64,000 nucleotides of DNA from Firmicutes bacterium UBA5509 (GTDB taxonomy: Bacteria; Bacillota; Proteinivoracia; UBA4975). Shown here piece after piece: positions 36,812-48,440 of the stretch (positions are counted from its first letter, which is position 1; the number at the start of each line of letters is the position of its first letter). Made by a program: the position numbers and the translations under genes. The stretch is from positions 21,165-85,164 of the forward strand of contig DIOR01000006.1 in NCBI GenBank assembly GCA_002423965.1, given 5' to 3'. The notes beneath the pieces are model-generated. The model worked only from the letters and a program-made list of their open reading frames with translations, made no database searches and was not told the origin of the DNA.

Positions 36812-38623
36812 CTAGTTTTCAGTACTTTGATCGTCCACATCTGTTGCTTCTGCGTCGACAGTGGAGTCGCCACTGGCTTCCTGTTGGGGGTCGGCTTGTT
36901 GATAAACCTGAGAAGACAGTTCGTGGAGGATCTTAGTGACAGCATCTACTTCAGCCTTAATGCTGGCGGCATCGTCGCCCTTTGCCGTCTCTTCCAGGTG
37001 GCTGAGGGCGGCTTCAATTTCTTGTTTCTTGGCGGCATCGACCTTGTCCCCCAAATCCTCTAAAGCCTTGCGAGTGCTATAAGCTAAGGAATCCGCGCTG
37101 TTTTTAACATCGATCAATTCCTTGCGGGCGGCGTCAGAAGCGGAATGTTCCTCGGCGTCCTTTACCATCTTTTCAATATCTTCATCACTTAGTGCACCAG
37201 AAGCGGTTATAGTAATCTTCTGCTCCTTTTTCGTAGCTAGATCCTTGGCTGAAACATTGACAATACCATTGGCATCAATGTCAAAGGATACTTCTACTTG
37301 AGGGACACCTCTGGGTGCTGGTGGAATGCCGTCTAAGTGGAACCTTCCTAGGGTCTTATTGCCGGCAGCCATAGATCTCTCACCCTGGAGGACATGAATC
37401 TCCACACTGGGTTGATTGTCACTGGCAGTGGAAAAGATTTGGCTTTTGGAAGTGGGGATTGTGGTGTTGCGCTCAATTAGTTTGGTAAAAACACCGCCCA
37501 AAGTCTCTATGCCTAGAGATAAGGGAGTGACGTCAAGTAATACCACATCTTTTACTTCCCCTGACAGCACTGCCCCCTGAATTGCTGCCCCGAGGGCAAC
37601 AACTTCATCAGGATTAACTCCTTTATGGGGTTCTTTGCCAGTTTCCACCTTAATAGCTTCCTGAACTGCAGGAATACGAGTGGAACCGCCCACGAGAATG
37701 ACCTTGTCAATTCCCTTAGAGTTAAGCTTGGCATCGGCAATGGCCTGACGGGTGGGCCCCATGGTTGCTTCAACAAGGTCAGCTGTAAGCTCATCGAACT
37801 TTGCCCGGGTGAGATTTACATCTAGGTGCTGAGGTCCATTTTCATCGGCAGTGATAAAAGGCAGGCTGATATTGGTCTGCAAGGTGGAAGAAAGCTCTAC
37901 CTTGGCTTTTTCCGCTCCCTCCTTGAGACGCTGCACAGCTGACTTATCCTTGGAGAGGTCGATGCCGGTATCGCGCTTAAATTGTGCCACCAAAAAATCT
38001 ACTATCCGCAAGTCAAAATCGTCGCCTCCCAAACGGTTATTGCCGTTGGTGGCCTTTACCTCAAATACACCGTCGCCAATTTCCAGAATGGAGACATCAA
38101 AGGTTCCGCCCCCGAGATCAAAGACCAGAATGGTTTGGTCTTCGTCTTTTTCCAGACCGTAGGCCAACGCTGCAGCTGTAGGCTCGTTAATTATCCGCAG
38201 GACATTAAGGCCAGCTATCTTTCCAGCATCCTTTGTTGCTTGGCGTTGCGAGTCACTGAAATAAGCAGGCACGGTAATAACTGCATCCTGCACTTTTTCT
38301 CCTAAATAATCCTCGGCGTCAGTCTTGAGCTTTTGCAAGATCATGGCAGACACTTCTTGAGGAGTGTATTTTTTGTCATCAATTGTAACTGAAAAATCAG
38401 TGCCCATATGACGTTTTACTGAGAGGATTGTGCGGTCAGGATTGATGACAGCCTGGCGCTTTGCCGTCTGACCCACAAGAAGCTCTCCATTTTTTGAAAA
38501 GCCAACAACAGAAGGAGTGAGACGGCCTCCTTCGGCATTGACAATAATCTCTGGGCTGCCCCCCTCCATAACGGCGACAACAGAATTAGTTGTACCTAAG
38601 TCGATTCCAATTACTTTTCCCAT
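36812..38623 (-). CDS. dnaK: Chaperone DnaK
   Basis: [17 protein letters not shown]. Confidence 0.99.
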   Translation of the reverse strand: MGKVIGIDLGTTNSVVAVMEGGSPEIIVNAEGGRLTPSVVGFSKNGELLVGQTAKRQAVINPDRTILSVKRHMGTDFSVTIDDKKYTPQEVSAMILQKLKTDAEDYLGEKVQDAVITVPAYFSDSQRQATKDAGKIAGLNVLRIINEPTAAALAYGLEKDEDQTILVFDLGGGTFDVSILEIGDGVFEVKATNGNNRLGGDDFDLRIVDFLVAQFKRDTGIDLSKDKSAVQRLKEGAEKAKVELSSTLQTNISLPFITADENGPQHLDVNLTRAKFDELTADLVEATMGPTRQAIADAKLNSKGIDKVILVGGSTRIPAVQEAIKVETGKEPHKGVNPDEVVALGAAIQGAVLSGEVKDVVLLDVTPLSLGIETLGGVFTKLIERNTTIPTSKSQIFSTASDNQPSVEIHVLQGERSMAAGNKTLGRFHLDGIPPAPRGVPQVEVSFDIDANGIVNVSAKDLATKKEQKITITASGALSDEDIEKMVKDAEEHSASDAARKELIDVKNSADSLAYSTRKALEDLGDKVDAAKKQEIEAALSHLEETAKGDDAASIKAEVDAVTKILHELSSQVYQQADPQQEASGDSTVDAEATDVDDQSTEN

Positions 38624-39141
38624 TAATTTGCATCCTCCTTCATAATATTTACCTTTACTGCTGCGGGGCGGATAACCTTTCCACCCAAGGTGTAACCTTT
38701 GCGCAGCTCATCAATAATGGCGTTATCAGGGAGATCAGGGCAGTGGGCATGGGTGACTGCCTCATGTACCATAGGGTCAAAGGGGCAACCTACTGCATCA
38801 ATGACCTTTACCCCCTCCCCCTCTAAGACTCCCATCAGCTGGTCATATATCATAGTCATGCCCTTGAGCACCGACTGATCCGATAAAGAGTCCAAAGCTA
38901 TACTAAAGTTGTCTAGAACCGGCAGCAGCTGGCAAAATAAGTTCTCATTTGCCCTGGCGACAACCTCTAGTGTTTGCCGTTGGGTGCGCTTGCGAAAATT
39001 GTCAAAGTCTGCGGCCAGTCTTGTGTAGTTGGCCAGAAGGGCCTCTAACTCCAGATGTAATTTTTCTTGCTCAAGTCCAGCTTCACTTTCAACAGGTTGC
39101 TCAATGCATTCCTTTGGGGCAACGTCTTTTTTTACTGTCAT
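38623..39141 (-). CDS. grpE: Nucleotide exchange factor GrpE
   Basis: [26 protein letters not shown]. Confidence 0.97.
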   Translation of the reverse strand: MTVKKDVAPKECIEQPVESEAGLEQEKLHLELEALLANYTRLAADFDNFRKRTQRQTLEVVARANENLFCQLLPVLDNFSIALDSLSDQSVLKGMTMIYDQLMGVLEGEGVKVIDAVGCPFDPMVHEAVTHAHCPDLPDNAIIDELRKGYTLGGKVIRPAAVKVNIMKEDAN

Positions 39142-39143
39142 TC

Positions 39144-40157
39144 CTAACTACCTCCGCTACTGAAATATTCCCGTAACCAGCGAATAAAACCAATGGTTTT
39201 CGCGTATTGCATTCTGGCTGGGCCAAGAATACCCAAGGTAACCTTGCGGTCAGTTAGGTTAAATGTGGCCACCACCAAACTGCATTCACTAAAACTCTCC
39301 AAGCCCATTTCCGGTCCAATTTTTATATCCAGGTCTTCAAGGCGGCTGGAACCTGACCCCATTAGTTTTAGGATTTGCTCATTTTGTTCCAAAGTCCTAA
39401 ACAGTTCCCTGACTTTGTCTACATCCTTAAACTCGGGTTCCTTAAGAAGATTAGTTGCACCGTCCATCACCAATTCCTGACCATCAGCGACCATGAGATG
39501 TCGTACCATATAAAAAATATCATCAACTAAGCTGAGGTTTCCTGCAAATTCAGCCCTGAGACTGCACAGGAGCCTAGAATCAATGTGTTGAAGCTGGACT
39601 CCCTGAAGCCTACGATTGATAAATACCGATAAGGCGTCAATCTCCTGAGTTGTAACCCCCTCTGGGATACTAATGGAGTGATGCTTGACAGTGCCGTCGC
39701 CGAGAACCACCAGACATATGGCACTGGTTGCAGACAGGGGAATGAGGTTAATATGCCTAATATCCTGGACATTATCGGAGGGCTCCGCGATCAAAGATAT
39801 ATAACTGGTCACTGCCGCCAAAAGCCGTGCCAACTGGCGAGGGTTTTTGGACAGGGAAATGCCTGCAGCGGAAATAAGTTCTTCCACTCTAGACAAGTCC
39901 TGTGGAGTCAGACTGCTATCTTCTAGAATAGAATTGACATAGTACCTATAGCCTTTGGGCGAGGGAATCCTTCCAGCTGATGTATGGGGCTGCTGCAAAT
40001 AGCCCATCTCTTCGAGATCGGCCATTTCGTTGCGAATAGTAGCTGGGCTAAGGTCAATCTGGTGACGCTTGACAAGAGTCCTTGAACCTATTGGTTCAGC
40101 AGAAGAAATATAGTCCTGAATAATGGCGTGTAGTATCAGGCGTTTTCTCTTATCCAC
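39144..40157 (-). CDS. hrcA: Heat-inducible transcription repressor HrcA
   Basis: EPIGSRTL, SPATIRNEMADLE, HTSAGRIPS; GTG start downstream of CIRCE. Confidence 0.97.
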   Translation of the reverse strand: MDKRKRLILHAIIQDYISSAEPIGSRTLVKRHQIDLSPATIRNEMADLEEMGYLQQPHTSAGRIPSPKGYRYYVNSILEDSSLTPQDLSRVEELISAAGISLSKNPRQLARLLAAVTSYISLIAEPSDNVQDIRHINLIPLSATSAICLVVLGDGTVKHHSISIPEGVTTQEIDALSVFINRRLQGVQLQHIDSRLLCSLRAEFAGNLSLVDDIFYMVRHLMVADGQELVMDGATNLLKEPEFKDVDKVRELFRTLEQNEQILKLMGSGSSRLEDLDIKIGPEMGLESFSECSLVVATFNLTDRKVTLGILGPARMQYAKTIGFIRWLREYFSSGGS

Positions 40158-40177
40158 TGATTTACCCCCCCTTCTTG

Positions 40178-40204
40178 TTAGCACTCTGTTCTATCGAGTG
40201 CTAA
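40178..40204. promoter_or_regulatory. CIRCE operator
   Basis: Perfect TTAGCACTC-N9-GAGTGCTAA. Confidence 0.99.
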
Positions 40205-40216
40205 TTCCCCATAAAA

Positions 40217-40245
40217 AAAATACCACTAGGGCGACAATTTGTCAA
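40217..40245 (-). promoter_or_regulatory. sigmaA promoter of the hrcA operon
   Basis: TTGACA-17 nt-TATTTT with extended TG. Confidence 0.75.
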
Positions 40246-40564
40246 CATCCAACCAAGATCTTAATTTTTCTATGTCCCCAAAAATTAAAAGACGGGGAAG
40301 TTTGACCTCTCCCCCGCCCCTGGCAAAGTGCCAGTAACTATCCTCTATACTTACTGTACATAACTCTATACATGGTACATGGTATTGTTTATCCGGCACT
40401 ACCAGCGTCATTCCATGGCTATATTTTATAGATACCGATACAAAAGGTGCCTCCGGCATTATTAGACGGGTAAGGCCTGCATCGACGATACTCAGTCCTC
40501 CCAATACCAGGCCTAGAATTATAAACATTGCTATAAAGTAGAGATTGCTTTCTTTGACTTTCAC
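40226..40564 (-). CDS. Membrane-anchored hypothetical protein in the yqxA position
   Basis: N-terminal TM; overlaps the spoIIP stop. Confidence 0.6.
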   Translation of the reverse strand: MKVKESNLYFIAMFIILGLVLGGLSIVDAGLTRLIMPEAPFVSVSIKYSHGMTLVVPDKQYHVPCIELCTVSIEDSYWHFARGGGEVKLPRLLIFGDIEKLRSWLDVDKLSP

Positions 40565-41475
40565 TGGGCACCTCCATAATATTCAACTAATATATCCGCC
40601 AGGAGTTCTGCGCCATAAACCGCCTCCTCCAGGGTATTCCAGTGTCCCCCAATCTCTACGAGAATTGCCCCCGGGTGCAGGTCCTGATGGAATGTTGAAT
40701 CTAGCCGCATTATTATTCCCCTTGACAGGCCAGGATATTTATCTTCCATTAGATTGTGCAACTCATTGGCTACCCAGTGATTATTTTTCCAGTTTGGATG
40801 GGCAGAACTTATAACAAACATAATCTGGCCAGCCGCCCGATTATTGACTATGGCTGTTGTCACTTTCCGGCCGCTTTCTTCTGTCTTGCCCACTCCATCC
40901 CTGTGAATATCCATAATTACGCTAATATCCGGATTTGTATCCAACATTTCCTGGGCAGTCTTGCGAGATTCTGTATAGGACTTCTTGTAGACAGGATCGT
41001 GATATTTTTTTTCGTGGATCACGGGAATATTATTCTCAGTCAACTTGGTTGCAATTACCTGCCCCAAACTTACAACGGTCTGAGAAAAGTCCTCAGATCT
41101 TGCTCCTCCACTGGTAGGAATAAAAGCCTCGCTGGAATGAGTATGGTAAATACCAACCTTTCCTTGGCGTGAAGTTCCCGGATTTTCGGCCTTCAGGGGA
41201 GGCTTCCATGTAACCTCTTGCCATTCGCCGGGATCAATGCTGGCAAATGCAGGTAGTTGCATCCCCAGGATACGCCAAGGCTCCAACTTAAAACTAGTGC
41301 CGACCTCATCAATGTCCTCATAAAAAATCCCCGGAGCCCCCCAGCTAAGCAGGTAATAGGGATTTAGGGTGTTGGACCTGGCTGCTAAAGGGGCCAGGAC
41401 ATTGCTGGCCATAATAAACAGAACCACTATAAGGGAAATCAACGCTATCCACAAAAATCTTTTTTTCTTATTCAT
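40561..41475 (-). CDS. spoIIP: Stage II sporulation protein P
   Basis: IYHTHSSEAF, SYTESR, DIHRDG, LVEIGGHWN. Confidence 0.94.
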   Translation of the reverse strand: MNKKKRFLWIALISLIVVLFIMASNVLAPLAARSNTLNPYYLLSWGAPGIFYEDIDEVGTSFKLEPWRILGMQLPAFASIDPGEWQEVTWKPPLKAENPGTSRQGKVGIYHTHSSEAFIPTSGGARSEDFSQTVVSLGQVIATKLTENNIPVIHEKKYHDPVYKKSYTESRKTAQEMLDTNPDISVIMDIHRDGVGKTEESGRKVTTAIVNNRAAGQIMFVISSAHPNWKNNHWVANELHNLMEDKYPGLSRGIIMRLDSTFHQDLHPGAILVEIGGHWNTLEEAVYGAELLADILVEYYGGAQ

Positions 41476-41550
41476 ACCGACCCCTCCCTTGACAATATAT
41501 GCAAAGGGGAGGATTTTAAGAAAAAATCGGGGATAAATATATCCTCGATT

Positions 41551-42519
41551 CTAGTTTAAGTATTCCTGGGCCACCCGGGGGTGGAGAGCGGCGTTTAAGC
41601 CATTGGCCAGTAAATCCGAAATATCTTTTAATAACCTGTCTACTTCCTTGGGAGTCACCATCAGTATACCTACTTCTGGAGTCAATACCTCTTTAATCAG
41701 TTGCTTTTTATCTTCCACAGAAAACTTTTCCAAGGCGGAAAGCATTATTCTGATATCCCCTGGAATTTTAACTTCATTTTGGGCTGCCCGGATGAGCAGG
41801 TCCAGAACATCTCCAGTTAGGGTGGCAGCGTCAACAACTGTGGGTACACCCAGGGCAATCACTGGAATTCCAAGGTTCTCTCTAGTTACCCCCTGTCGTG
41901 TATTGCCCACACCAGAACCAGGATAGATTCCTGTATCAGAAATCTGAATTGTGGTATTGAGCCGGTGCAGGCTACGGGCAGCCAAAGCGTCGATGGCAAT
42001 TACAACATCTGGCCTAATCCTCTGGACAATGCCAAAGATTATCTCCCCAGTCTCAATTCCCGTCAGGCCTAATACTCCTGGCGCAATGGCACAAACATCT
42101 CTAAAACCTGGTCCAATTTTGTCAGGGTACATGGCCTTTAGATGCCGGGTGACATATATTTTTTCAACTACACTAGGGCCAAGAGAATCAGGAGTTACAT
42201 TCCAATTGCCTAAGCCTACAACTAACACCTTTGAATCGCTATTCAGATTCAAAAGCCCTTGAAGCTCCTGCCCTAGCACCTTGACGAGTCGGGTTTCCAA
42301 TTCTTCATTTTTTTCTCTGAGACCAAGTGCCTCAATAGTAAGGTACTTTCCCTGCCCCTTGCCAAGCTTGGTGGCAGCATCAGGAGTAAGGATATCAGTA
42401 ACGGAAATATCAATCCCCTCCTGGGATTGATGCTTAGTTACTACTCCCTCCAGTTCAGGAAGCTCACTGGTTTGCAGGAATATTTCATGGGCTTCCAGGA
42501 CTAAGTCAGTTCTAAACAA
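41551..42519 (-). CDS. gpr: Germination protease GPR
   Basis: RTDLVLEA, GLGNWNVTPDSLGP, IDALAAR, MVTPKEVD. Confidence 0.97.
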   Translation of the reverse strand: MFRTDLVLEAHEIFLQTSELPELEGVVTKHQSQEGIDISVTDILTPDAATKLGKGQGKYLTIEALGLREKNEELETRLVKVLGQELQGLLNLNSDSKVLVVGLGNWNVTPDSLGPSVVEKIYVTRHLKAMYPDKIGPGFRDVCAIAPGVLGLTGIETGEIIFGIVQRIRPDVVIAIDALAARSLHRLNTTIQISDTGIYPGSGVGNTRQGVTRENLGIPVIALGVPTVVDAATLTGDVLDLLIRAAQNEVKIPGDIRIMLSALEKFSVEDKKQLIKEVLTPEVGILMVTPKEVDRLLKDISDLLANGLNAALHPRVAQEYLN

Positions 42520-42536
42520 ATTAACTCCTCTTTCTC

Positions 42537-42863
42537 TTACCTGAGTTCCGTTGGAACAAAGATATCGATTATCCCGATAATCAATGCAGCAACCAATGCG
42601 CCAAGGATTGTAACGTCTAGATCACGCACAACGAATTGAGTCAAGTAGATGACAACGGCAGAGGTCAAAAACCCGATTACCCCACGGCCCTGGGGAGAGA
42701 CATTTTTTCCAAACAAAGCTTCAATTGCATAACCCAAGACGCTGATAACCACTGCAGCAATCAGAGCATTGACAAAGGTCAAAGGGCCAAATCCGGGAAT
42801 TAAAAATCCCACAAACATTAAAACCAAGGCAGAGACAATAAATCTAATTATCATTCGAAGCAT
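42537..42863 (-). CDS. 4-TM phage-holin-family (YvlD-like) membrane protein
   Basis: MLRMIIRFIVSALVL...SPQGRGVIGFL; AGGAGG RBS. Confidence 0.75.
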   Translation of the reverse strand: MLRMIIRFIVSALVLMFVGFLIPGFGPLTFVNALIAAVVISVLGYAIEALFGKNVSPQGRGVIGFLTSAVVIYLTQFVVRDLDVTILGALVAALIIGIIDIFVPTELR

Positions 42864-42885
42864 ATAGTGATTCCTCCTTTGCTTA

Positions 42886-42915
42886 TAGAGTAACCGATAA
42901 ACATCAAAATAATTC
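42886..42915 (-). promoter_or_regulatory. Putative sigmaF/G promoter for the holin-like gene and gpr
   Basis: GAATT-15 nt-GGTTACTCTA. Confidence 0.45.
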
Positions 42916-42927
42916 CCTGCTCCTGGC

Positions 42928-42956
42928 TTGCATTTATCAATTCCCCATGATAAAAT
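42928..42956 (+). promoter_or_regulatory. sigmaA promoter of rpsT
   Basis: TTGCAT-17 nt-TAAAAT with extended TG. Confidence 0.7.
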
Positions 42957-42995
42957 CCTAATGTTGCTAATTCGGCAATAAGGGAGGTGTTCCAA

Positions 42996-43247
42996 ATGGC
43001 AAACAATAAAACTGCAATAAAAAGGATTAAAATTAGCGAGGTAAAACGGGCTAAAAATGTCAGCGCCAAATCCTCGATAAAAACCAATATCCGCAAGTTC
43101 GATACCGCCCGAGCAGAAGGCAATACCGAATCTGCCACAGCTCTATACATCAAGATTACTTCTATGTTGGATAAGGCTGCCAGCAAAGGCATAATTCATA
43201 AAAACACTGCCGCTCGTCATAAATCAAGGCTCGCCTCGAGAATGTAA
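42996..43247 (+). CDS. rpsT: 30S ribosomal protein S20
   Basis: MANNKTAIKR...DKAASKGIIHKNTAARHKSRL. Confidence 0.98.
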   Translation: MANNKTAIKRIKISEVKRAKNVSAKSSIKTNIRKFDTARAEGNTESATALYIKITSMLDKAASKGIIHKNTAARHKSRLASRM

Positions 43248-43275
43248 AAATCCCGTCTACCGGGATTATTTTTTT
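43246..43275. terminator. Bidirectional terminator between rpsT and holA
   Basis: AATCCCG-tctac-CGGGATT flanked by A- and T-runs. Confidence 0.7.
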
Positions 43276-44195
43276 GCAATTTTTACAAGCAATACTTGGA
43301 GTAATGCGGCCCCTTGCATTCTTCCCGTCTTAAAGCTATAGTCTGCATCCAGGATGGACTCAAGGCTGAAAGCACATTGTTTCATGTCTAGACTTGTGGC
43401 TTGGGTTCTTAGTTTTTGAAAAGCATAAGGGTGCATGGAGGGCAACTGCCGCTGGATTTGTGCACTGCTGTGACCTTGGTGCCGAAAAAAAAGAAATTCA
43501 AAGAGCAACCTGTACTGCCGTCCTAACATAAACAAAATATAAGGCACTTCCGCCCCGGTGCGTAGCATATCTTCGGTTGCCATCTGGGCTTTTGCTAGCT
43601 GACCGCCAACGACATAATCCACCAAAGTGAAGATGCTGGTTTGAATATCCCGCACTGCCAGAGTTTGAACGGTTTCGACGCTGATTTCCGAATTGTAATT
43701 TATCAGTTTTTTTAGTTCGTTGTCCAGGACTAGTAAATTTGTGCCTGCAAGATATACAAGATTATCGGCTGCGTTCCTATCAAACTTTGTCGCCCCAAGC
43801 TCCATCCCCCTGCGAAGTACCCACCCAATTAGCTCTGAGCCCTTGGGAGGAATCACTTCAATAAGTCTGGCAGTTTTGCTTAACTTTTTGTACAGGCCAG
43901 AGCGCTTGTCCACCTTGCCCCGGGTATAGATAATAAGGACGTTTTCGTGGCAAGACAAGAGTTCCTCCACTCTTCCAAGATCGGGTTTGCCTGCAAGTAG
44001 GTCCTGGTATTCAATGAGAAAAACCCGGGACTGAGAAAACATCGGCATGTCCAGCAACTTTTCATTTGCTTCATCCCAGCTGGAGAGACTCTCCAGGGAC
44101 CATTCATCTTCACCACCGTGGCGGTGAATGAGCTCCTGAACTTTGGCATCAACTAGATACTCTTCTTCACCGATAACAAAATAATTGTCAGCCAT
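43266..44195 (-). CDS. holA: DNA polymerase III delta subunit
   Basis: GEEEYLV, ELKKL, SIFTLVD, DYSFKTG; follows comEC. Confidence 0.9.
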   Translation of the reverse strand: MADNYFVIGEEEYLVDAKVQELIHRHGGEDEWSLESLSSWDEANEKLLDMPMFSQSRVFLIEYQDLLAGKPDLGRVEELLSCHENVLIIYTRGKVDKRSGLYKKLSKTARLIEVIPPKGSELIGWVLRRGMELGATKFDRNAADNLVYLAGTNLLVLDNELKKLINYNSEISVETVQTLAVRDIQTSIFTLVDYVVGGQLAKAQMATEDMLRTGAEVPYILFMLGRQYRLLFEFLFFRHQGHSSAQIQRQLPSMHPYAFQKLRTQATSLDMKQCAFSLESILDADYSFKTGRMQGAALLQVLLVKIAKK

Positions 44196-44197
44196 CG

Positions 44198-46332
44198 CTA
44201 TCTCCCCACAAAGGTTTTTATTCTGACCCCTCCCCAGGGCCAAAAATCTACTCTGATATACCCGGATGAGTCTGTGCGGTATATTTGGGAATTGACCCGG
44301 GCAAGATTGTCTAATGTTACTTGATCTGGAAAGTCAAAGGGGTTGTTTACACCGCAACTAATAACTGCCACCCTAGGCATTACTTTTGTCAAGAACTCCT
44401 GAGACGATGAGGTTTTGCTGCCATGATGAGCCACCTTCAGCACCTGGTATGGTCGAAGCCAGGGCCAATAGAGCATTTCCCCATCTGCTTCAATATCCCC
44501 GGTGACAAGCAATTTGTCCCCTCCCAAAGAAACCAGCAGGGATGAATCGTTGACATTTGAAAGTGAGAGATTATGGGAGAAGATTTCAAGTCCCTCCAGG
44601 ACAGAGACTTGGGTGGAAACCATCGTTCCCTCAGCAGAATCCAGGGGAAAATTGACCAAAATCTGCTCTACAGGAATATCCGCCAGTATAGCAGCTACCC
44701 CCCCCAAGTGGTCGGCATGAGAGTGGGTAATAATCAAGGCCTTGAGCCTGTCTACTCCCAAATAACGTAAAGTAGGTAGCACCGCCTTCTGCCCAGCCCA
44801 GGCATCTCCGCCATCCACCAGTACCCACTGCCCCTTGGTTCTAATGAGTAATGAATCTCCTTGGCCCACATCCAAGAACCATACTGTTGTCACCTGAAAG
44901 GCATAAAAGCTAAAGACCAAGACGACTATTAACATACTCGTTACAACGGAGTAAACAGTTTTTTTTATTGGCAGACCGGACAGATGCAAAATCAGGCCGA
45001 GGCTGGCCACTGCGGTGAGGGCCAATTCCAAGCCCCCCATCCTAATGGACAGCGGGAATTCAGTGAGCAGAGATAAAAAGGCAGCCACTCCACCTAACAA
45101 AAACCTTGCAGGCAGGGCAATTATTGATCCCAATACCCCAGAAAATAGGCCTGCCAGCAGTGCAAAACCCGCCATTAAGGGCATTAGGGGGACGATGACA
45201 ATATTCGCCAAGAGAGACCATAGAGATATACTGCCGAAAAGCCCAATAGTCATCGGCAATGCTACAAGCTGTATAAGTATAGTTAGTGATGCCGTCTTTT
45301 GAATTGGTGCAGGCAAGAACCGGAAAAACCTATCAAGGCCACCCTTTGCACTAAGGCAGACAAAGGTAGCAGTCAGAGATAAGACAAAGGCATAGTCAAA
45401 TAGCCACAGAGGATTATACAAGAGCATAATAAATGCAGTCCATTGTATGGCTGTGATTCCTTGCTTTTCCCTGTTGGCCAGTATGGCTGCAATACCCCAG
45501 GCCGCCATAAGGGCTGCCCTAACCAGGGAAGGCGAGGGCCCCGCAAATACAATAAATATGGCAATACATGCCAAGGTAATAATGCTGGACACAGCTTTAC
45601 CCAGGCCTAAAAGCCGTAAGAAAGTAAGCATTAGAGCCATTAAAAGCCCAACATGAAGACCGGATAAGGCAATAATATGACCGGTCCCGGTTAAGTACAG
45701 GGCGGATTTCAAATCCCCTCCCAGCATACTGCGATCTCCGGTGGTCAAGGCCAAGGCAAGGGCCCCACTGTCTGGGTTGGCAATGTTAGTAAGTATGTTT
45801 TGTCTGTAACTGCCCCTAGCTTTCTCAAGAAGACTTAAAGAAACAGTGTTGTAGGAAAGAACCTGAGGCCGGTTGAGGCTACCTATTTCTCCACCATAGA
45901 TTTTGCGTTTATAGTGCCAGCCTTGGCCGGGGTTGCGGTACTGAACGGGAGGATACAAAGCACTACGCAGACAATACATTCCTGGCTGGTAATGTTCTGA
46001 ATAAATCAGGACTGTAGCCCCCGTCAAAGACTCCGGTTCTAAGACCTTTCCCTGCCAGGCACAATAGTCCTCTCCCTCCTGGACAAGCCTAGTACTTTTA
46101 ATGAGGAAGACTTCTTCCTTTCCATACTCAGGACTATAGAGACCTTCCAGGTGAAAATTTGTCAACAACATTCCCGTAGCAAAAAATACAACACAGAGTG
46201 CAAATGTCTTCCCCTTGGTAAAAAGAAGCAGTACTAAACTTAATCCAAGGACAACCCATGCAATAAGCCAATTTTTGAAGAGTTCTCCCCCGATAATCCC
46301 AAGGACTAAACCGGCTATAACCCACCAAGTCA

Positions 46333-46333
<1 letters not shown>
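44198..46333 (-). CDS. comEC: DNA uptake channel ComEC
   Basis: HIIALSGLHV, SPSLVRA, LDVGQGD, HSHADH, KVAHHGS. Confidence 0.95.
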
Positions 46334-46938
<605 letters not shown>

Positions 46939-47047
46939 TTAACATAACACAAGAACAGCAAGAGAAAAACCCCGAATTTCAGGGATTATGCCCTTTGTGG
47001 CACTTGACTATTTTCCGATATAATCATCAGTATCATTTACTAGGAGG

Positions 47048-47800
47048 ATGGAGATGCGTAAAATTAAGCTGAAGCGAATACCGGAAACGATAGCCTTGGC
47101 GCTGTGTATATGTCTGTTATTCGCCACACCGGTTTTTGGACAGCAGTACACAATCAAACCCGGCGACAGCCTGTGGAAGATATCCAGAGCTTATGCAGTA
47201 TCTATTGACAGTCTTAAAGCCGCCAATAATCTCAGTAGCGATCTCATAACTGCAGGGGCAACCATTGAGGTTCCCATAGTCCATACAGTTGTGCGGGGTG
47301 AAAGCCTATATCTCCTGGCCCAACGTTATGGGACAAGCATTAATGCAATTGTCAGTACCAACAAATTAAAGGGAACAATTATCTATGTAGGGCAAAAACT
47401 TATCATCCCTTCTGCCCCCACTGTTCCGGACATAAAAACTAAGGCCACAAGTCAGGAAATGGACCTTTTAGTGCGAGCAGTTTACAGCGAAGCCAGGGGA
47501 GAACCATTCCAGGGACAGGTGGCTGTAGCAGCAGTTATCCTCAACCGTGTGAAACACCCTGATTTCCCCAATACAATTGCCGGTGTAATCTACCAGCCTT
47601 GGGCAATTACCGCAGTCCATGACGGCCAGTTCTGGTTTGCACCCAACCAATCTGCCTATAATGCGGCCCAACAGGCCCTTAGCGGCGTTGATCCCACTTA
47701 TGGAGCTGTATACTACTATAACCCTGTGACTGCCACCAATCAGTGGATCCGGTCCAGGACAATCATTACAAGGATCGGTAATCATGTCTTTGCCAGATAA
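47048..47800 (+). CDS. Secreted LysM x2 + hydrolase_2 (SleB/CwlJ-type) cell wall hydrolase
   Basis: Signal peptide, two LysM repeats, SEARGEPFQGQVAVAAVILNRV, IGNHVF. Confidence 0.92.
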   Translation: MEMRKIKLKRIPETIALALCICLLFATPVFGQQYTIKPGDSLWKISRAYAVSIDSLKAANNLSSDLITAGATIEVPIVHTVVRGESLYLLAQRYGTSINAIVSTNKLKGTIIYVGQKLIIPSAPTVPDIKTKATSQEMDLLVRAVYSEARGEPFQGQVAVAAVILNRVKHPDFPNTIAGVIYQPWAITAVHDGQFWFAPNQSAYNAAQQALSGVDPTYGAVYYYNPVTATNQWIRSRTIITRIGNHVFAR

Positions 47801-47805
47801 ATATC

Positions 47806-47828
47806 GGCTCTTCGGAGCCATTTTTTTT
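47806..47828 (+). terminator. Terminator after the LysM hydrolase
   Basis: GGCTC-TTCG-GAGCC followed by an 8-T run. Confidence 0.8.
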
Positions 47829-47829
47829 C

Positions 47830-48354
47830 TCAAAAAGTAATTAAATCTTTGATGCTGTCAAATATTTTTGGGCCAATTGTGCCCACCTTAGTTATATCTT
47901 CAATAGAAGAGAATGGCCCATGGGTTTCTCTGTACTCAATAATTTTTTGCGCCCTAGAAGGGCCAATGTTAGGCAAGGTCTCCAATTCCTTGGCAGTGGC
48001 GGTATTTATATTGACTAGACCGTCTTCTTCGGACTCTTTTTGGGTATCCAAAGAGGGAACATGCACTTTTCTCCCGTCAAAGAGGATTTCCGCCAGGTTA
48101 AGCCGATGTATATCGGCATGTTCTGAAGGACCACCAGCAGCGTCGATTGCATCCTGGATTCTGCTACCAGCGGCGATAGTATACACCCCGGGGTAATTAA
48201 CCTCCCCAGATACATGTACTACTAGGACAGCTTCGCTAACTAATGGAGTTTTATCGGAGATCTTCCGGCCTTTAATGCTACTGCACATTCCCAAAGAAGC
48301 TATTAAAACCGCCAGAACTATTAAATACGCAAGTTCCTTGGTTTTTAGCTCCAC
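47830..48354 (-). CDS. comEA: Competence DNA receptor ComEA
   Basis: SLBB domain VHVSGEVNYPGVY; HhH domain VNINTAT..LPNIGP. Confidence 0.95.
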   Translation of the reverse strand: MELKTKELAYLIVLAVLIASLGMCSSIKGRKISDKTPLVSEAVLVVHVSGEVNYPGVYTIAAGSRIQDAIDAAGGPSEHADIHRLNLAEILFDGRKVHVPSLDTQKESEEDGLVNINTATAKELETLPNIGPSRAQKIIEYRETHGPFSSIEDITKVGTIGPKIFDSIKDLITF

Positions 48355-48386
48355 ACCCTACCCTCCTAATACGATACTGGAGTTTA

Positions 48387-48414
48387 ATTCTGCGTTTTGG
48401 CACCAATATCCTGC
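48387..48414 (-). promoter_or_regulatory. sigmaH-like promoter of comEA
   Basis: GCAGGATAT...GAAT with 18-nt spacer. Confidence 0.55.
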
Positions 48415-48440
48415 AAAAAAAAGCGCTTGAGGCGCTTTTT
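48415..48440 (-). terminator. Terminator after the DUF1858 gene
   Basis: AAAAAGCGC-loop-GCGCTTTTT. Confidence 0.75.
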
